From positions 1-64,000 of the IMG/VR virus record IMGVR_UViG_3300028028_000001: 64,000 nt of DNA; one strand, written 5' to 3'. Each line of letters begins with the position of its first letter. Positions within the stretch are counted from its first letter, which is position 1. Of this stretch, positions 25,410-35,122 are shown one piece after another. The notes beneath the pieces were generated by a model, which saw only the letters and a program-made list of their open reading frames with translations, searched no databases and had not been told where the DNA came from. Both the position numbers and the translations under genes were made by a program. This DNA comes from a virus.

Positions 25410-25805
25410 ATGGCATCGATTCTCTTCTCGCGTCGTTACTCCGGCTCTTCGGAGACCTCCTATTCGCTGGTCGGGCCCGTGCGCTCCGTCGCGATGGCCG
25501 CGCCGACGACTCGCCAGGGTTTCCTTGAGCCGTCCATGGCGTTCTCGGGTGTCCGCTGGTGGATCGACCCTGCGCCTGCTGACGTGGCCATCACCTACAA
25601 CATCCATGTTTGGCGCTGCGCGGTCTACGTTCGCGGGGACGTTGTAGTCCTGGCGACTCCGGTGGAGGAAGACACGATCGTCGGTCATTCCGGCGGCTGG
25701 TCCTACGATCAGCCCTGCAACGGCGACCTTGTGATGGTCACGATCAACACCTTTTCGGCGCCTCCCGCCGTAGGGTTCCAGATCCTGAAGAAGGGCGTCT
25801 CGTGA
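25410..25805 (+). CDS. hypothetical protein (131 aa)
   Basis: ORF track. Confidence 0.5.
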   Translation: MASILFSRRYSGSSETSYSLVGPVRSVAMAAPTTRQGFLEPSMAFSGVRWWIDPAPADVAITYNIHVWRCAVYVRGDVVVLATPVEEDTIVGHSGGWSYDQPCNGDLVMVTINTFSAPPAVGFQILKKGVS

Positions 25806-26218
25806 TTGAACTGTCGATGTTCTCCAGCCCGGCACAGATAGCGCTGGCCAGGATAACCGGGCTCGGCTCGGGTATGCCTGCGAGCGCACCGGGTACCACG
25901 ACGATGATCCTTCGCCTTCGACGAATCGAGGATCCCCAGCGCGACCTGGAAGAACTCCAGACGAAGGACTGGGACGACCCGCGAGCGAAGGAGGCCCGCA
26001 AGCGAATCAAGGCCGGCGCTGACTCAGGTGTCGGCCTGGACTCCGATGGGCATTACACGCTCGACGGGCGCCGCTGCTGCTACGGGCTGATGCACCGGCT
26101 CTCAAACCGCGAAAAAGTGGCCTGTGAAGACGGCGTTGAGCGGGACCTTCAATGCAATCGCCGGTGGCGCTGTTCCTGCCGGGCGCTCTGGGAAGCGCAG
26201 TACGAGGTGCTATCGTGA
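25802..26218 (+). CDS. hypothetical protein (138 aa, GTG start)
   Basis: GTGA overlap at 25802-25805 within ORF 25610..26218. Confidence 0.45.
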   Translation: MIELSMFSSPAQIALARITGLGSGMPASAPGTTTMILRLRRIEDPQRDLEELQTKDWDDPRAKEARKRIKAGADSGVGLDSDGHYTLDGRRCCYGLMHRLSNREKVACEDGVERDLQCNRRWRCSCRALWEAQYEVLS

Positions 26219-27861
26219 GCGACGATAACGCGGTCAACGCGGCTCAAGAGGAACTCCTTCGACGGGCGACGATCCGCAACGTGCCGGAGACCCCGCTCTA
26301 CCAGACTGCCGGTATCGGTGGCACGATCGAGAAGAGCCAGACCGCGTTCGGTGGGCTCTATCTCTCCTATGACGTGCTTCGCCTGCTACGCGAAAAGGTG
26401 CCTTCGTACAACATCATCCACTCGGTAAGGCATACGCAGATTGCGCGGATGTCGGAACAGTGGACCGGAAAACCGATTGATGTAGGTTGGGAAGTGGTCC
26501 ACAAGGACCACAACCGCCAGGATGTCAAGGTCCCGGAAGGGTTTCAACGACTCATCGATGAAGCGAGCCGCTACCTGCTCGAACCCGATCCGGGTGGTGA
26601 GGCCAGTACAACCGCGAGTTTCCTGGTTCCTCTCTGGGAAGACTTCGCCACGATCAACCACCCATGCGCCCAGGTGCTGCGGAACCTTGCCGGACGCCCC
26701 GTTGGCATTCGCTGGGTGGACGGTGGGATCATCTGGCCCATGCTGGAGTGGATGCGCTGGTACGAGAAGGAGAACCCCTGGCCGGGCAAGGTTCCGACCT
26801 CGTTTGAGGATCGGGTTGACGCAATCGCCAACCGAGTGAAGCGCGACCTGCAAGGGAAGCGCTGGTGCCTCGTCCGCGACGGTATCCCCCAGCGGACCTA
26901 TCGAGATGACGAGTTGATCGTGAAGCCGTTTGTCAATCGAACGGACGTGCGATGGCTTGGGTACTACCCTGGAAAGGTTGAATCCTCCCTTGAGATGGGC
27001 CTCCACGCTTTCAACGCGATCGAGTCCAACGGTGGATGGTTCACAAAGGGCGCATGGGTGGAAACCCTGCTTGCCCTTACCGGAAACGTGAGCGACGAAG
27101 ACTTCAAGCGCGTGCGCGAGGACATGCGCCTATCAACGCAGGGAGTCCAGAAGAACCAGCAGGTTCCGCTTGTGCGCTTGGGGGAGACAACGGGTGATAT
27201 TGACCTGAAAACGATTCAGATCAAGAAGAACCCGCAAGAAATGGGCTTCCAGGCCTGGATATCGTTCCTGTTCTCTGCACAGGGCGCGATCTACCGGATG
27301 GACCCGAGCACGTTCAACATGAAGCCATGGGACGGCGGGTCTAACCCGTCGTTGAACGCCCCAAATCGCGAGAAAGAGATCGCACTCGCGAAAGAAGAGG
27401 GCCTCCAGGGTGACCTCGCGCACCTGAAACGCTCGTTCCTTGACCCCTTCGTCCGGGAGATTCATCCGGACCTTCGCCTGATCTGGCATTATGGCGACTT
27501 CGACCCGGAGAAAGAGAACCGCGTCAACGAGATCCGGATCCGGGTGGATACCACAATCAACGAGATCCGCCTGGAACAGGGCAGGCGCCCGCTCGGGTTT
27601 TGCCTGACGGATGACAAATACGAAAGCGCCTCCGACGAAGAAAAGGCCAAGCACGACGTGAACCCCTACAATCACGTTCAGAGCATGGCCATGCAAAGCG
27701 CCACGCAACAGGCCAAGGCGGTCCTACAACCTCCCGAGCCTCAACCCTACGGCGAAGACTGGCAGGAACCCGACGGAGAGCCCCAGGGCCAACCAGGAGC
27801 GCTTGAGCAGGAAGGGCAGCCGTTCCAGAAGTCGGTCCGCGTCTATGTGGAGGACTTGTGA
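26215..27861 (+). CDS. portal protein (by position and size)
   Basis: About 548 aa, between the terminase and the MuF-like gene. GTGA overlap at the start. Acidic, Pro/Gln-rich C-terminus. Confidence 0.6.
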   Translation: MSDDNAVNAAQEELLRRATIRNVPETPLYQTAGIGGTIEKSQTAFGGLYLSYDVLRLLREKVPSYNIIHSVRHTQIARMSEQWTGKPIDVGWEVVHKDHNRQDVKVPEGFQRLIDEASRYLLEPDPGGEASTTASFLVPLWEDFATINHPCAQVLRNLAGRPVGIRWVDGGIIWPMLEWMRWYEKENPWPGKVPTSFEDRVDAIANRVKRDLQGKRWCLVRDGIPQRTYRDDELIVKPFVNRTDVRWLGYYPGKVESSLEMGLHAFNAIESNGGWFTKGAWVETLLALTGNVSDEDFKRVREDMRLSTQGVQKNQQVPLVRLGETTGDIDLKTIQIKKNPQEMGFQAWISFLFSAQGAIYRMDPSTFNMKPWDGGSNPSLNAPNREKEIALAKEEGLQGDLAHLKRSFLDPFVREIHPDLRLIWHYGDFDPEKENRVNEIRIRVDTTINEIRLEQGRRPLGFCLTDDKYESASDEEKAKHDVNPYNHVQSMAMQSATQQAKAVLQPPEPQPYGEDWQEPDGEPQGQPGALEQEGQPFQKSVRVYVEDL

Positions 27862-28991
27862 CCGGCGGCGCTTTGGTGTTCGCTGACGGGTTGAAACTGT
27901 CAACGAACCTTGCCGGCTACCCGGAAGACGTCCGCGGGGCTCTCTACCGCGCCCTCGGGCGGCATCTTGGGTGCTGCGAACACGAGATGGAGAAAGCCGT
28001 TCACGGTGAGCCCCCCGATCCTCGATACCCGGAACTGGAGAAACTGATCCGGGCTGCTCAACGAGACTGGACCCGTTGGGGCTCGGACCTCGTGGACGAG
28101 GTGTCGAAACTGGTAGGGGGCAAGAAACTACCGCTCTCGGCATCGCTGGAGCTCCGGCTTCAGGAACTACTCCAGGACCATCAGATCCGACTTGCGGCGA
28201 TCTTCTCGGGCCGCTGGCCGGGAAAGTTGGCGCTCCCTCCGAACGTACTCCTATTCCGGAAGGAACTTGGAACGAGCCCGACTGAGGCGGCTTTCCACCT
28301 GGGCAGGGTGCGCCAGGTCTTCGAAGTCCACTTTCCTCCAACGAAGGAACGACCCCTATCCGAAGCCGTCAAGGAAGCGCTTGCAAAGCCGATGACGAAA
28401 CAGGAGAAGGCCGCCCTTCGCTACGTTCAGGATCGGTCGTTTCAGTACATGCGCCGTCCTGCCTGGGGAGCAGCGGAGGCCCTGGGTGCGGAGCTGGTGC
28501 AGCAGGAATACGCGGACCTCCGCGATGGCCTGGCGGGCGCTGTCGAGCGCAGGGAAGGCCCCGTCGCCATAAAACACCGGCTCCAGGAGGCTCTCCAGGG
28601 CCATCCGACTCTCCAGAACGACCTGGATCGCGTGGTCCGCACCGAGACCCATTTCGCGCACGCTTTCGGGGCTTACGTTGCTCTCAAGGAAGGCGCCGCG
28701 AAGTCTGGAGAGGAAGACCCTGAGGTATACAAACTCGTCTCTCCGCGCGCGTGCCCGGATTGTCGGCGCTTGTGGGGCGATCCCAATTCTCCGAAGAGGT
28801 ATCGACTTTCCGAGATCGAAACCTGGGAAGCCCAAGGTGGCAACTTCAAGAAGCCTCACAAGGAATGGAAGGCCGTGATTGGGCCAACCCATCCGAACTG
28901 CACCGAAGGCCCGCTCCAGTATTTCGACGAAGAACTCGACGCCTCCATCAAACGAGCTGCGAAGGCGTTTCTTGACAAGCAGGAAGAATAG
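27858..28991 (+). CDS. MuF/SPP1 gp7-like minor head (head morphogenesis) protein
   Basis: 'VVRTETHFAHAFGAY', 'CPDCRRLWG', 'THPNCTEGP' match the Mu F-like pattern (RTE...CxxC...HPNC). GTGA coupling to the portal gene. Confidence 0.7.
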   Translation: MTGGALVFADGLKLSTNLAGYPEDVRGALYRALGRHLGCCEHEMEKAVHGEPPDPRYPELEKLIRAAQRDWTRWGSDLVDEVSKLVGGKKLPLSASLELRLQELLQDHQIRLAAIFSGRWPGKLALPPNVLLFRKELGTSPTEAAFHLGRVRQVFEVHFPPTKERPLSEAVKEALAKPMTKQEKAALRYVQDRSFQYMRRPAWGAAEALGAELVQQEYADLRDGLAGAVERREGPVAIKHRLQEALQGHPTLQNDLDRVVRTETHFAHAFGAYVALKEGAAKSGEEDPEVYKLVSPRACPDCRRLWGDPNSPKRYRLSEIETWEAQGGNFKKPHKEWKAVIGPTHPNCTEGPLQYFDEELDASIKRAAKAFLDKQEE

Positions 28992-29366
28992 ATGGCAACC
29001 AAGCATTTCGCGATCCGCATCATCGCCGAGACCTCCGACGACACGACCGACACGCCGGTGATCTGGGTAGACAAGACCTTCACGCTCGACGGCTACACCG
29101 CGAAGGAAACCAAGGACCTCGTTCTTGGTCCTACCGCTGCGGATCAGATCCTCACGATTCCCGACGCCTGCGGCATCGTCATCCTCTCCGAGGACTACCC
29201 CTTCTCGGTGCGGCTTGCGTCCGCGCAGAAGCTGGTGGGCCCGGTACTCTTCTGGTCTTCGATCGCGTCCGATACCGACGACAAGATCATCGACGTTTCC
29301 GTGCTCCTCACGGGCAACGGCACGAACGCCGCAGCCCTCAAGATCCTGGTGCTCGACCAGACCTAG
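28992..29366 (+). CDS. hypothetical virion-module protein (124 aa)
   Basis: ORF track; starts immediately after the MuF stop. Confidence 0.55.
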   Translation: MATKHFAIRIIAETSDDTTDTPVIWVDKTFTLDGYTAKETKDLVLGPTAADQILTIPDACGIVILSEDYPFSVRLASAQKLVGPVLFWSSIASDTDDKIIDVSVLLTGNGTNAAALKILVLDQT

Positions 29367-29417
29367 CCGCGAGATCGCGGCCTCTTACTCCCCTCCCCGA
29401 ACCTCAAAGGAAAAACC

Positions 29418-31877
29418 ATGCAGTCCGCTCTGACCACCAATGAACTCAACCTCCTGAACGGCTCCGTTCCCGGTGGCCCTCTGGGCATCCGGTCCAAGGA
29501 GATTCTTCTCGGAACCCGCCTCTTCGACCTCGAAGCCGTGGTTCGCGTCGTTCTCGACGGCGACGTGCCGATCACGATCGCCAACAACACCGCCGGAGTC
29601 CTTTCCGCCGGAACCCTGGTCGCCGTGCCCACCTCCTGGGACGCTGCCAACGGCGCCCCGGATGCGGTCAAGGCGGACGCTGACAACATTGCGCTGACCG
29701 CTACCCACGTCGTGATCGCCGACATCGCCGTCGGTGAGACCGGCCTCGCCCGTGGCGCGTGGCTCCAGGAAAACATCGACACCTCGGCCTATTCCGCTGC
29801 GGACGTGGCCCTCTACCTCTCTGCCGTCGCTGGTGGCGTGGTCGAGTCCGCTCCGACCGGTGCAACCCAGTTCCAGCAGATCGTCGGTCTCGTCGGCGTC
29901 AAGAGCGCGACCCTCGGGTCCATCTTCTGGTGCCCCGGCTACGGCAAGGTCGGCAAACAGGGAACCGCCTTCCTCCAGGACCTCGCGGTCACGGCGGACA
30001 AGATCGCGCTTGCCCAGGGCCGAATCCTTCGCGGCAAGAGCGACGGATCCGGCAAGGCCGAAGCGCTCGACCTGCACGTCGCGGATACCATCCCCGTCGG
30101 AAACGGAACGGACGTGGTCGGCATGGTACTTCCCACCACGGGGATCGTCGCCAAGACGGCCGCCGGTGCCGCCTCTGGGCGAACCATCACCGCAGGCTCC
30201 CTCTCCCTCTCCGTCACGAACGGTGATGGCGTCGCGGGCAACCCCACGATCGACACGGCGCAGGACATCCGGTCCACTGCTACGCCCACGTTCGCGGGCC
30301 TCGAAATCACTGGGGACCTTGTCGTCAAGGGTGACTCGATCATCGCCGACATCGAGCACGTCCAGATCGAAGCCAACTACATCGTCCAGAACACCGGATA
30401 CAGCACGAACGTAGCGGTCACCGGCGGCCGGGTGGTCAACTACCTCCCGACGGCCACCCAGACCACCACGGTCGGTTCGGGTGTCTTCACCCCGGGCGTG
30501 CTGGCCACCTCCGATCCGACGGTCACCACGGCGGGCGCGGCAACCTTCGCTGCCTCCGACCTGGTGCTGTTCTCCGGTGCCGCCGAAGAGAAGAACAACG
30601 GGATCTTCGAAGTCCTGACCCATGCGGCCAACCTCCTCACGATCAAGTCGAACTCCGGCCTGACTCCCGAGGTCGAAGCCTGGACTGATGGCCAGTTCAT
30701 CGCCGATACCGATGTCGGCGTGACCATCACGAAGGTCAACGTCACGGTCGACCGGGTGGGCGTGGACGGCCTCGTCGAACATGGCAAGGGCTCGGCCACC
30801 CCGATCGTCTTTTCGGATACGGTTCTCAAAAGCGACCTCACCCCGACCCCAAGCACAGTCATCCCGGCGGCGGTTTCTGGTGGCGCAAGCGGCCTGCTGA
30901 CCGGCGGTGACAAGGCCTCGCTCGACTCCCTGGTCACCGGTGGCGCGGGCTTCTGGAGCGACACGGCGGACGGTGCGATCGCCGTCGCTCGGTTTGTCGA
31001 GATCGACGCGGGCGGAAACACCGTCGCGGGATCGATCGGTTCGGACTCGGTGGTTGGCGCTGGCTTGAACGCTGCGCCGGTCGTCGGTACGGACCCGATC
31101 GTCGTCGGCATCGGCAAGCGGTCGCTGGTTGCGGCTGACGCAATCCTGGCTGGGCAGGAACTCAAGTGCGCCGAGGACGGGATGGCCATCTCCGCGGTCA
31201 CTTCGAACAACGGGCTCGCCAGTGCAACCATCGGCGGCGGCACGGGCATCGAGTACACGAACCAACCCGCGAATGACCAGTTGACGATCGAATCCTCCGA
31301 CGCGGCTGACACTGCCGTTCCGATCACGATCATCGGTACCACGTTCGGTGGTGTCGTTGTCAGTGAGGAAATCAAGAGCACCGACGGCGCGAACGGAACC
31401 ACCCCGGTGGACTCCGTGAAGAACAACTGGGGCCTCATCCTGGCCTTCAAAAAGCCGGTCACGGCAGGAACGATCACGGTCAAGGAGAAGTCGGGCGGTT
31501 TGACGATCCGAGTCATTCCTGCGCTTTCGACGACTGACGCCGTGATCGCCGTAGCCGCCGGGAACCAACAGGCGTACAACAATAAGCCTGAATTCGCCGC
31601 GGATGCCGGTACCACGAAGGTGATCGGGTTCAAGCGGATCGCCACCACGGGCACAACCGAGACCTACGAAGCGGCCACGCTCAACGGAACGGCGAAACAG
31701 AAGCCGGCCACCGCGTCCCGCCGGGTGACGGAACTCTACGTCGGCGACCTCGAAGCGGCGCGCACCCTGACGGTGACCACCACGGCCACGGCTGACGCCC
31801 AGGAGATCCGCACCGGTCGCGCCTACTCCGCTGCGGCGGCTCGCGGGGATACCATCTCGGCGATCGTGCGCCCGTAG
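29418..31877 (+). CDS. large Ala/Gly/Thr/Val-rich fibre- or decoration-like structural protein (819 aa)
   Basis: Beta-rich, low-charge composition. The N-terminal roughly 150 aa resemble decoration-protein folds. Followed by a terminator hairpin. Confidence 0.55.
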   Translation: MQSALTTNELNLLNGSVPGGPLGIRSKEILLGTRLFDLEAVVRVVLDGDVPITIANNTAGVLSAGTLVAVPTSWDAANGAPDAVKADADNIALTATHVVIADIAVGETGLARGAWLQENIDTSAYSAADVALYLSAVAGGVVESAPTGATQFQQIVGLVGVKSATLGSIFWCPGYGKVGKQGTAFLQDLAVTADKIALAQGRILRGKSDGSGKAEALDLHVADTIPVGNGTDVVGMVLPTTGIVAKTAAGAASGRTITAGSLSLSVTNGDGVAGNPTIDTAQDIRSTATPTFAGLEITGDLVVKGDSIIADIEHVQIEANYIVQNTGYSTNVAVTGGRVVNYLPTATQTTTVGSGVFTPGVLATSDPTVTTAGAATFAASDLVLFSGAAEEKNNGIFEVLTHAANLLTIKSNSGLTPEVEAWTDGQFIADTDVGVTITKVNVTVDRVGVDGLVEHGKGSATPIVFSDTVLKSDLTPTPSTVIPAAVSGGASGLLTGGDKASLDSLVTGGAGFWSDTADGAIAVARFVEIDAGGNTVAGSIGSDSVVGAGLNAAPVVGTDPIVVGIGKRSLVAADAILAGQELKCAEDGMAISAVTSNNGLASATIGGGTGIEYTNQPANDQLTIESSDAADTAVPITIIGTTFGGVVVSEEIKSTDGANGTTPVDSVKNNWGLILAFKKPVTAGTITVKEKSGGLTIRVIPALSTTDAVIAVAAGNQQAYNNKPEFAADAGTTKVIGFKRIATTGTTETYEAATLNGTAKQKPATASRRVTELYVGDLEAARTLTVTTTATADAQEIRTGRAYSAAAARGDTISAIVRP

Positions 31878-31893
31878 CGGAGACCTCGACAAG

Positions 31894-31931
31894 GCCCCCA
31901 TCGGGATCATCCTGGTGGGGGCGTTTTCTTT
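31894..31931 (+). terminator. rho-independent terminator candidate
   Basis: GCCCCCA (31894-31900) pairs with TGGGGGC (31916-31922). The loop is 15 nt, followed by GTTTTCTTT. Confidence 0.5.
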
Positions 31932-31943
31932 CAGGAGTTCAAG

Positions 31944-33314
31944 ATGCCCTATAAAACCGTTCCGAAGCACCTCCACGGCTTGACCCTGGCCCAGGCCAAC
32001 CGCTGGGGGTCCGTGTTTGATGCGGTTCAGGGCTCCACTGGCGACTCCGAGAAAGCGGCTCGGGTGGCTTGGGGGGTGATGAGGAAGGCTATCATGGCGG
32101 TCCGTGTTCCAGGCCATACCAGAAACGGACACTATGTGAAACCCTACCTGCGGATGATGGACCGCGCCGAGGCCCAGGCGGGACCAGGCGAGCGCATCGT
32201 TTACCGGGCGTCCAACGAGAACGCTCCCGAGGTCGGTACGCACTACACCGAGCAGAAGGAGCACGCGGTCGCCTACACCGATAATTCTGGTTTCGGTGGC
32301 TCAAAGGTCCATCGGTACGCGATCAAGCCGCAGAACGTGGCGGATACGGTCGGGGAGGAAAGGAACGGTCTTCGAGGACTGGCGCTTGCCTACCTGCGGG
32401 CGCTCGACCCTGAAGACGCGGCAGAGGTGAAGGAGAAGACCAGAAGACGACTTGGCGTGGATGACGACGAGCGGATCACGTCGAAGCACGTCGCGCAGGA
32501 TTGGGATGAGCGCGGGCTGACTCATGTCTTCCATGTTCTGGAGCACGATCCCCGGGTTGAACAGGCGATATCGCAGGTCCACGACTGGATCCGGTTTGAG
32601 GATGATTTCCCCGAGGGGTCGATTACCTGGAAGCGTCTTGGTGGAGAAAAGCCGATGAACAAGGGTCTTGTACTGGAGGCCTCAGATACCAACCCCGCAG
32701 TCAAGCGCTGGAAGCAGATCGATCGTGGCCACTCCGAGGAAGGGCACCGCTTCCTTTCGCGGGTCCATGCGGGCGGTGGGCAAATGGCCATCACCCAGGG
32801 CCATGCGGACGAGCCGCACGTCAAGAGGCTCCTTCGAGAAAAGTTGATTCAACTCAAGAGGAACCCGGGTCACCACTGGAACGAGTACACGGCGCACCTC
32901 ACGAAGGAGGGCACGAAGTACCATGAGGCCTATCGAGCCGCGCACGAGCAGACAGGAAAGCAGGAGAGCCTGTTCAAGGGCGTGGTCTGCATCTACATGA
33001 TCCGCAGTGACACGATGAGGAAAAGCATCCTTGAGAAGGCGGTTATCCCGGCGCTCGACATGGTTCCGGAGGACTTGGAGGAAGACGCTACCCCGAACAC
33101 CTGGACCGAGAACGGGTATACCGTCTCATGGCGACGGGGCAAGCGCGGGCATGGGTCGGTTACCTTCGAAGGGAACGGGCTGGCTATGCCGTTCGTGATG
33201 ACCGCTGCGGGCAAGAAGCACGCTCGGATCGTCGCAAGGGACGCGTCGGCGCTGTTGGCGAAGGGCAAGATCCCGCTTCTTGACGGGGTATTCAGGATGC
33301 GGAGAAAGACATGA
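31944..33314 (+). CDS. multidomain protein with ChaB-like N-terminus
   Basis: AGGAG-like Shine-Dalgarno sequence. 'MPYKTVPKHLHGLTLAQANRWGSVFDAV...AARVAWGVMRK' parallels ChaB (MPYK...LP..AQ...F..A...A..VAW). Followed by 'VRVPGHTRNGHYVKPYLR' and an internal 'QESLF'. Confidence 0.6.
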   Translation: MPYKTVPKHLHGLTLAQANRWGSVFDAVQGSTGDSEKAARVAWGVMRKAIMAVRVPGHTRNGHYVKPYLRMMDRAEAQAGPGERIVYRASNENAPEVGTHYTEQKEHAVAYTDNSGFGGSKVHRYAIKPQNVADTVGEERNGLRGLALAYLRALDPEDAAEVKEKTRRRLGVDDDERITSKHVAQDWDERGLTHVFHVLEHDPRVEQAISQVHDWIRFEDDFPEGSITWKRLGGEKPMNKGLVLEASDTNPAVKRWKQIDRGHSEEGHRFLSRVHAGGGQMAITQGHADEPHVKRLLREKLIQLKRNPGHHWNEYTAHLTKEGTKYHEAYRAAHEQTGKQESLFKGVVCIYMIRSDTMRKSILEKAVIPALDMVPEDLEEDATPNTWTENGYTVSWRRGKRGHGSVTFEGNGLAMPFVMTAAGKKHARIVARDASALLAKGKIPLLDGVFRMRRKT

Positions 33315-35122
33315 ACCAGATCGCGAATCAGCCGGGCGTTCATCTTGACCATTTGAAGCATAGGTGGGTTCGAGATGAGGACGTGAAACCAGGCACGCGG
33401 TTTTATGTGCCTCACCATGAGGAATTGGACGTTCGGTCTGTCAAAGACGGGAAGGCAGAGGTGGGTTTGGTTGGCCACCCCATCACTGTGGACGTGCCTG
33501 AAAAGTCGGTGAAGTACTTTCATGCAGACATGCATGGGCAGTTGAACCACAAGCCCGATAGTGGCAACGAGCATGTTGACGCCGTAATTAGAGGGGAGGG
33601 TGAACACCTCGGCAAGGGCAACGACGGGATCGTTTATCGCCACGGGGAGAAAGTGGTCAAGGTCTCAACGACCGTCCCTTACCAGCCCTTCAACCGTGGG
33701 CAGCACAGGACTCCAGAGGAAGCCCTACGGCATCTTCAAAAGGAGCACGAGGCCCATACGGCACTCCAGGGGATTCCTGGCGTGCCCGAAGTGGATGGGC
33801 AAGAGCATGAGGGGCGATACTGGATGGTTAAGCCGCATCTTTCGCCTACTGGCGTGGTCGATGAAAAAGAAGCACATCAGGTGCGCGATTCCGTCCGGGC
33901 CATGCACGCGAAGGGATGGGTTCTGGGCGATACCGTGCAGGTTGGCCGAGACAAGTCGGGCGGCATCCAGTTCATGGACCTCGGGTCTGCTCACAAGTCG
34001 GATAGCGACTACCAAAGAGAGCACGACGAAGAAAGGTTGGCCTCGTTCTTCCATCTTCATCGGTTGAAGTACACGGATCCCCCTGCTGAAGTACAGAAAA
34101 AGGAGCGGGTAGCACGCACTCTCCTGGACATGGCCATCAAACACCAGGATCCGGAAAAGGTCAGGGCGCATCGTATTGAGTGGAAACGACTGGCGAGCGA
34201 ACACAGGATGAACCTCGTCAGAAAAGACGACTTCGACGGGATGATGGCGTTTGCGGACATTACCGATGCGATGGAGAAACGGCTTGAAAAGGCCATCTTC
34301 CTCAACGGCCAAAAGCGCAACCCCAAGGACTTCGACGAAGCCGCCCTATCTCAAGGCATCCGCGTGGAGATGGAGCACACCGACGATCCGAAGATCGCGA
34401 TAGAGATCGCGATGGATCACCTTGCCGAGCGTCCGGACTACTACGATCGGCTGGAAGAGATGGAAGCGAAGCCGATTCAAAAAGCCATCCTCTCCGGGAT
34501 CCGCTTTATGTACCTACTACGCAAGTCTCAGCTCAACCTCTTCGACTGGCACGGCGAACCCGTCCAGCACGAGCACCGCGAGCCGATCCCCACCAGGCCA
34601 CGCATGGGACCGGGCCCCCTGTTCGCCGAAGAGCGAGCGTCGGCGCCCGTGCATGCCCCGCTGCCCCCTATGCCTCCTCCGACCTCGCACACCTTCACCT
34701 CCAATATTCACGTCAAGAGCCACCTTCGGCGCCTGCCGTCGGGTGAAGTGGTGGAGGTAGCCGCGCACGAGAGAACAGCCGATCGGGTAACCCACGACGA
34801 TCCGAAGCCCCGGCAGACGAAGATCACAGAGTACGCCGACAAGCCGGCGCTCTTGAAGCCGCCTTCCATGGCACCGCAGCCCCGAGAGATGCCGAAGCCC
34901 TTCACGGAAGAGCAGTTAAAAGCGATTGGAGAGGCACGGGTGCGCCAAGAGGCGGCCGGCGGAACTCCGGGACAAGGAAGGCCCTGGGTACGATGGCCCA
35001 GCCAACCAGCGCCTCTCTGCTGCGAAAGCGGGGAGACTTGGGCCCGCGCACCGGGCAGCGGCAAAGAGCGCCCCGTGGACCTCGCAGGGCGTCCTGCTCC
35101 GATGGCAGCAACTGGCGATTGA
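33311..35122 (+). CDS. protein-kinase-like domain plus 'EMEHTDDP...DHLAERPDYYDRL' (DUF5661-like) protein
   Basis: Gly-loop 'LGKGNDGIVY', Lys 'KVVKVS', 'MHAKGWVLGDTVQVGRDKSGGIQFMDLGSA' (catalytic-loop and DxG-like). The last roughly 60 codons look non-coding and overlap the next ORF. Confidence 0.55.
   Translation: MNQIANQPGVHLDHLKHRWVRDEDVKPGTRFYVPHHEELDVRSVKDGKAEVGLVGHPITVDVPEKSVKYFHADMHGQLNHKPDSGNEHVDAVIRGEGEHLGKGNDGIVYRHGEKVVKVSTTVPYQPFNRGQHRTPEEALRHLQKEHEAHTALQGIPGVPEVDGQEHEGRYWMVKPHLSPTGVVDEKEAHQVRDSVRAMHAKGWVLGDTVQVGRDKSGGIQFMDLGSAHKSDSDYQREHDEERLASFFHLHRLKYTDPPAEVQKKERVARTLLDMAIKHQDPEKVRAHRIEWKRLASEHRMNLVRKDDFDGMMAFADITDAMEKRLEKAIFLNGQKRNPKDFDEAALSQGIRVEMEHTDDPKIAIEIAMDHLAERPDYYDRLEEMEAKPIQKAILSGIRFMYLLRKSQLNLFDWHGEPVQHEHREPIPTRPRMGPGPLFAEERASAPVHAPLPPMPPPTSHTFTSNIHVKSHLRRLPSGEVVEVAAHERTADRVTHDDPKPRQTKITEYADKPALLKPPSMAPQPREMPKPFTEEQLKAIGEARVRQEAAGGTPGQGRPWVRWPSQPAPLCCESGETWARAPGSGKERPVDLAGRPAPMAATGD

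Noticed and set aside
29385-32264. Very long antisense ORFs. Examples are 29385-32264 (959 aa), 49706-52207 (833 aa), 55134-57491 (785 aa), 4897-5886, 39751-40878 and 24072-24896.
   Set aside because: They mirror well-supported sense-strand genes and are extremely Arg/Gly/Asp/Pro-rich with no motifs. They are the expected stop-poor shadow frames of a high-GC genome.
32190-32640. ADP-ribosyltransferase-like R-S-E reading of the middle of the ChaB-like protein (VYRAS..., ...FEDDFPE).
   Set aside because: The motifs are short and there is no clear S-T-S element. I cannot support the assignment from sequence alone.
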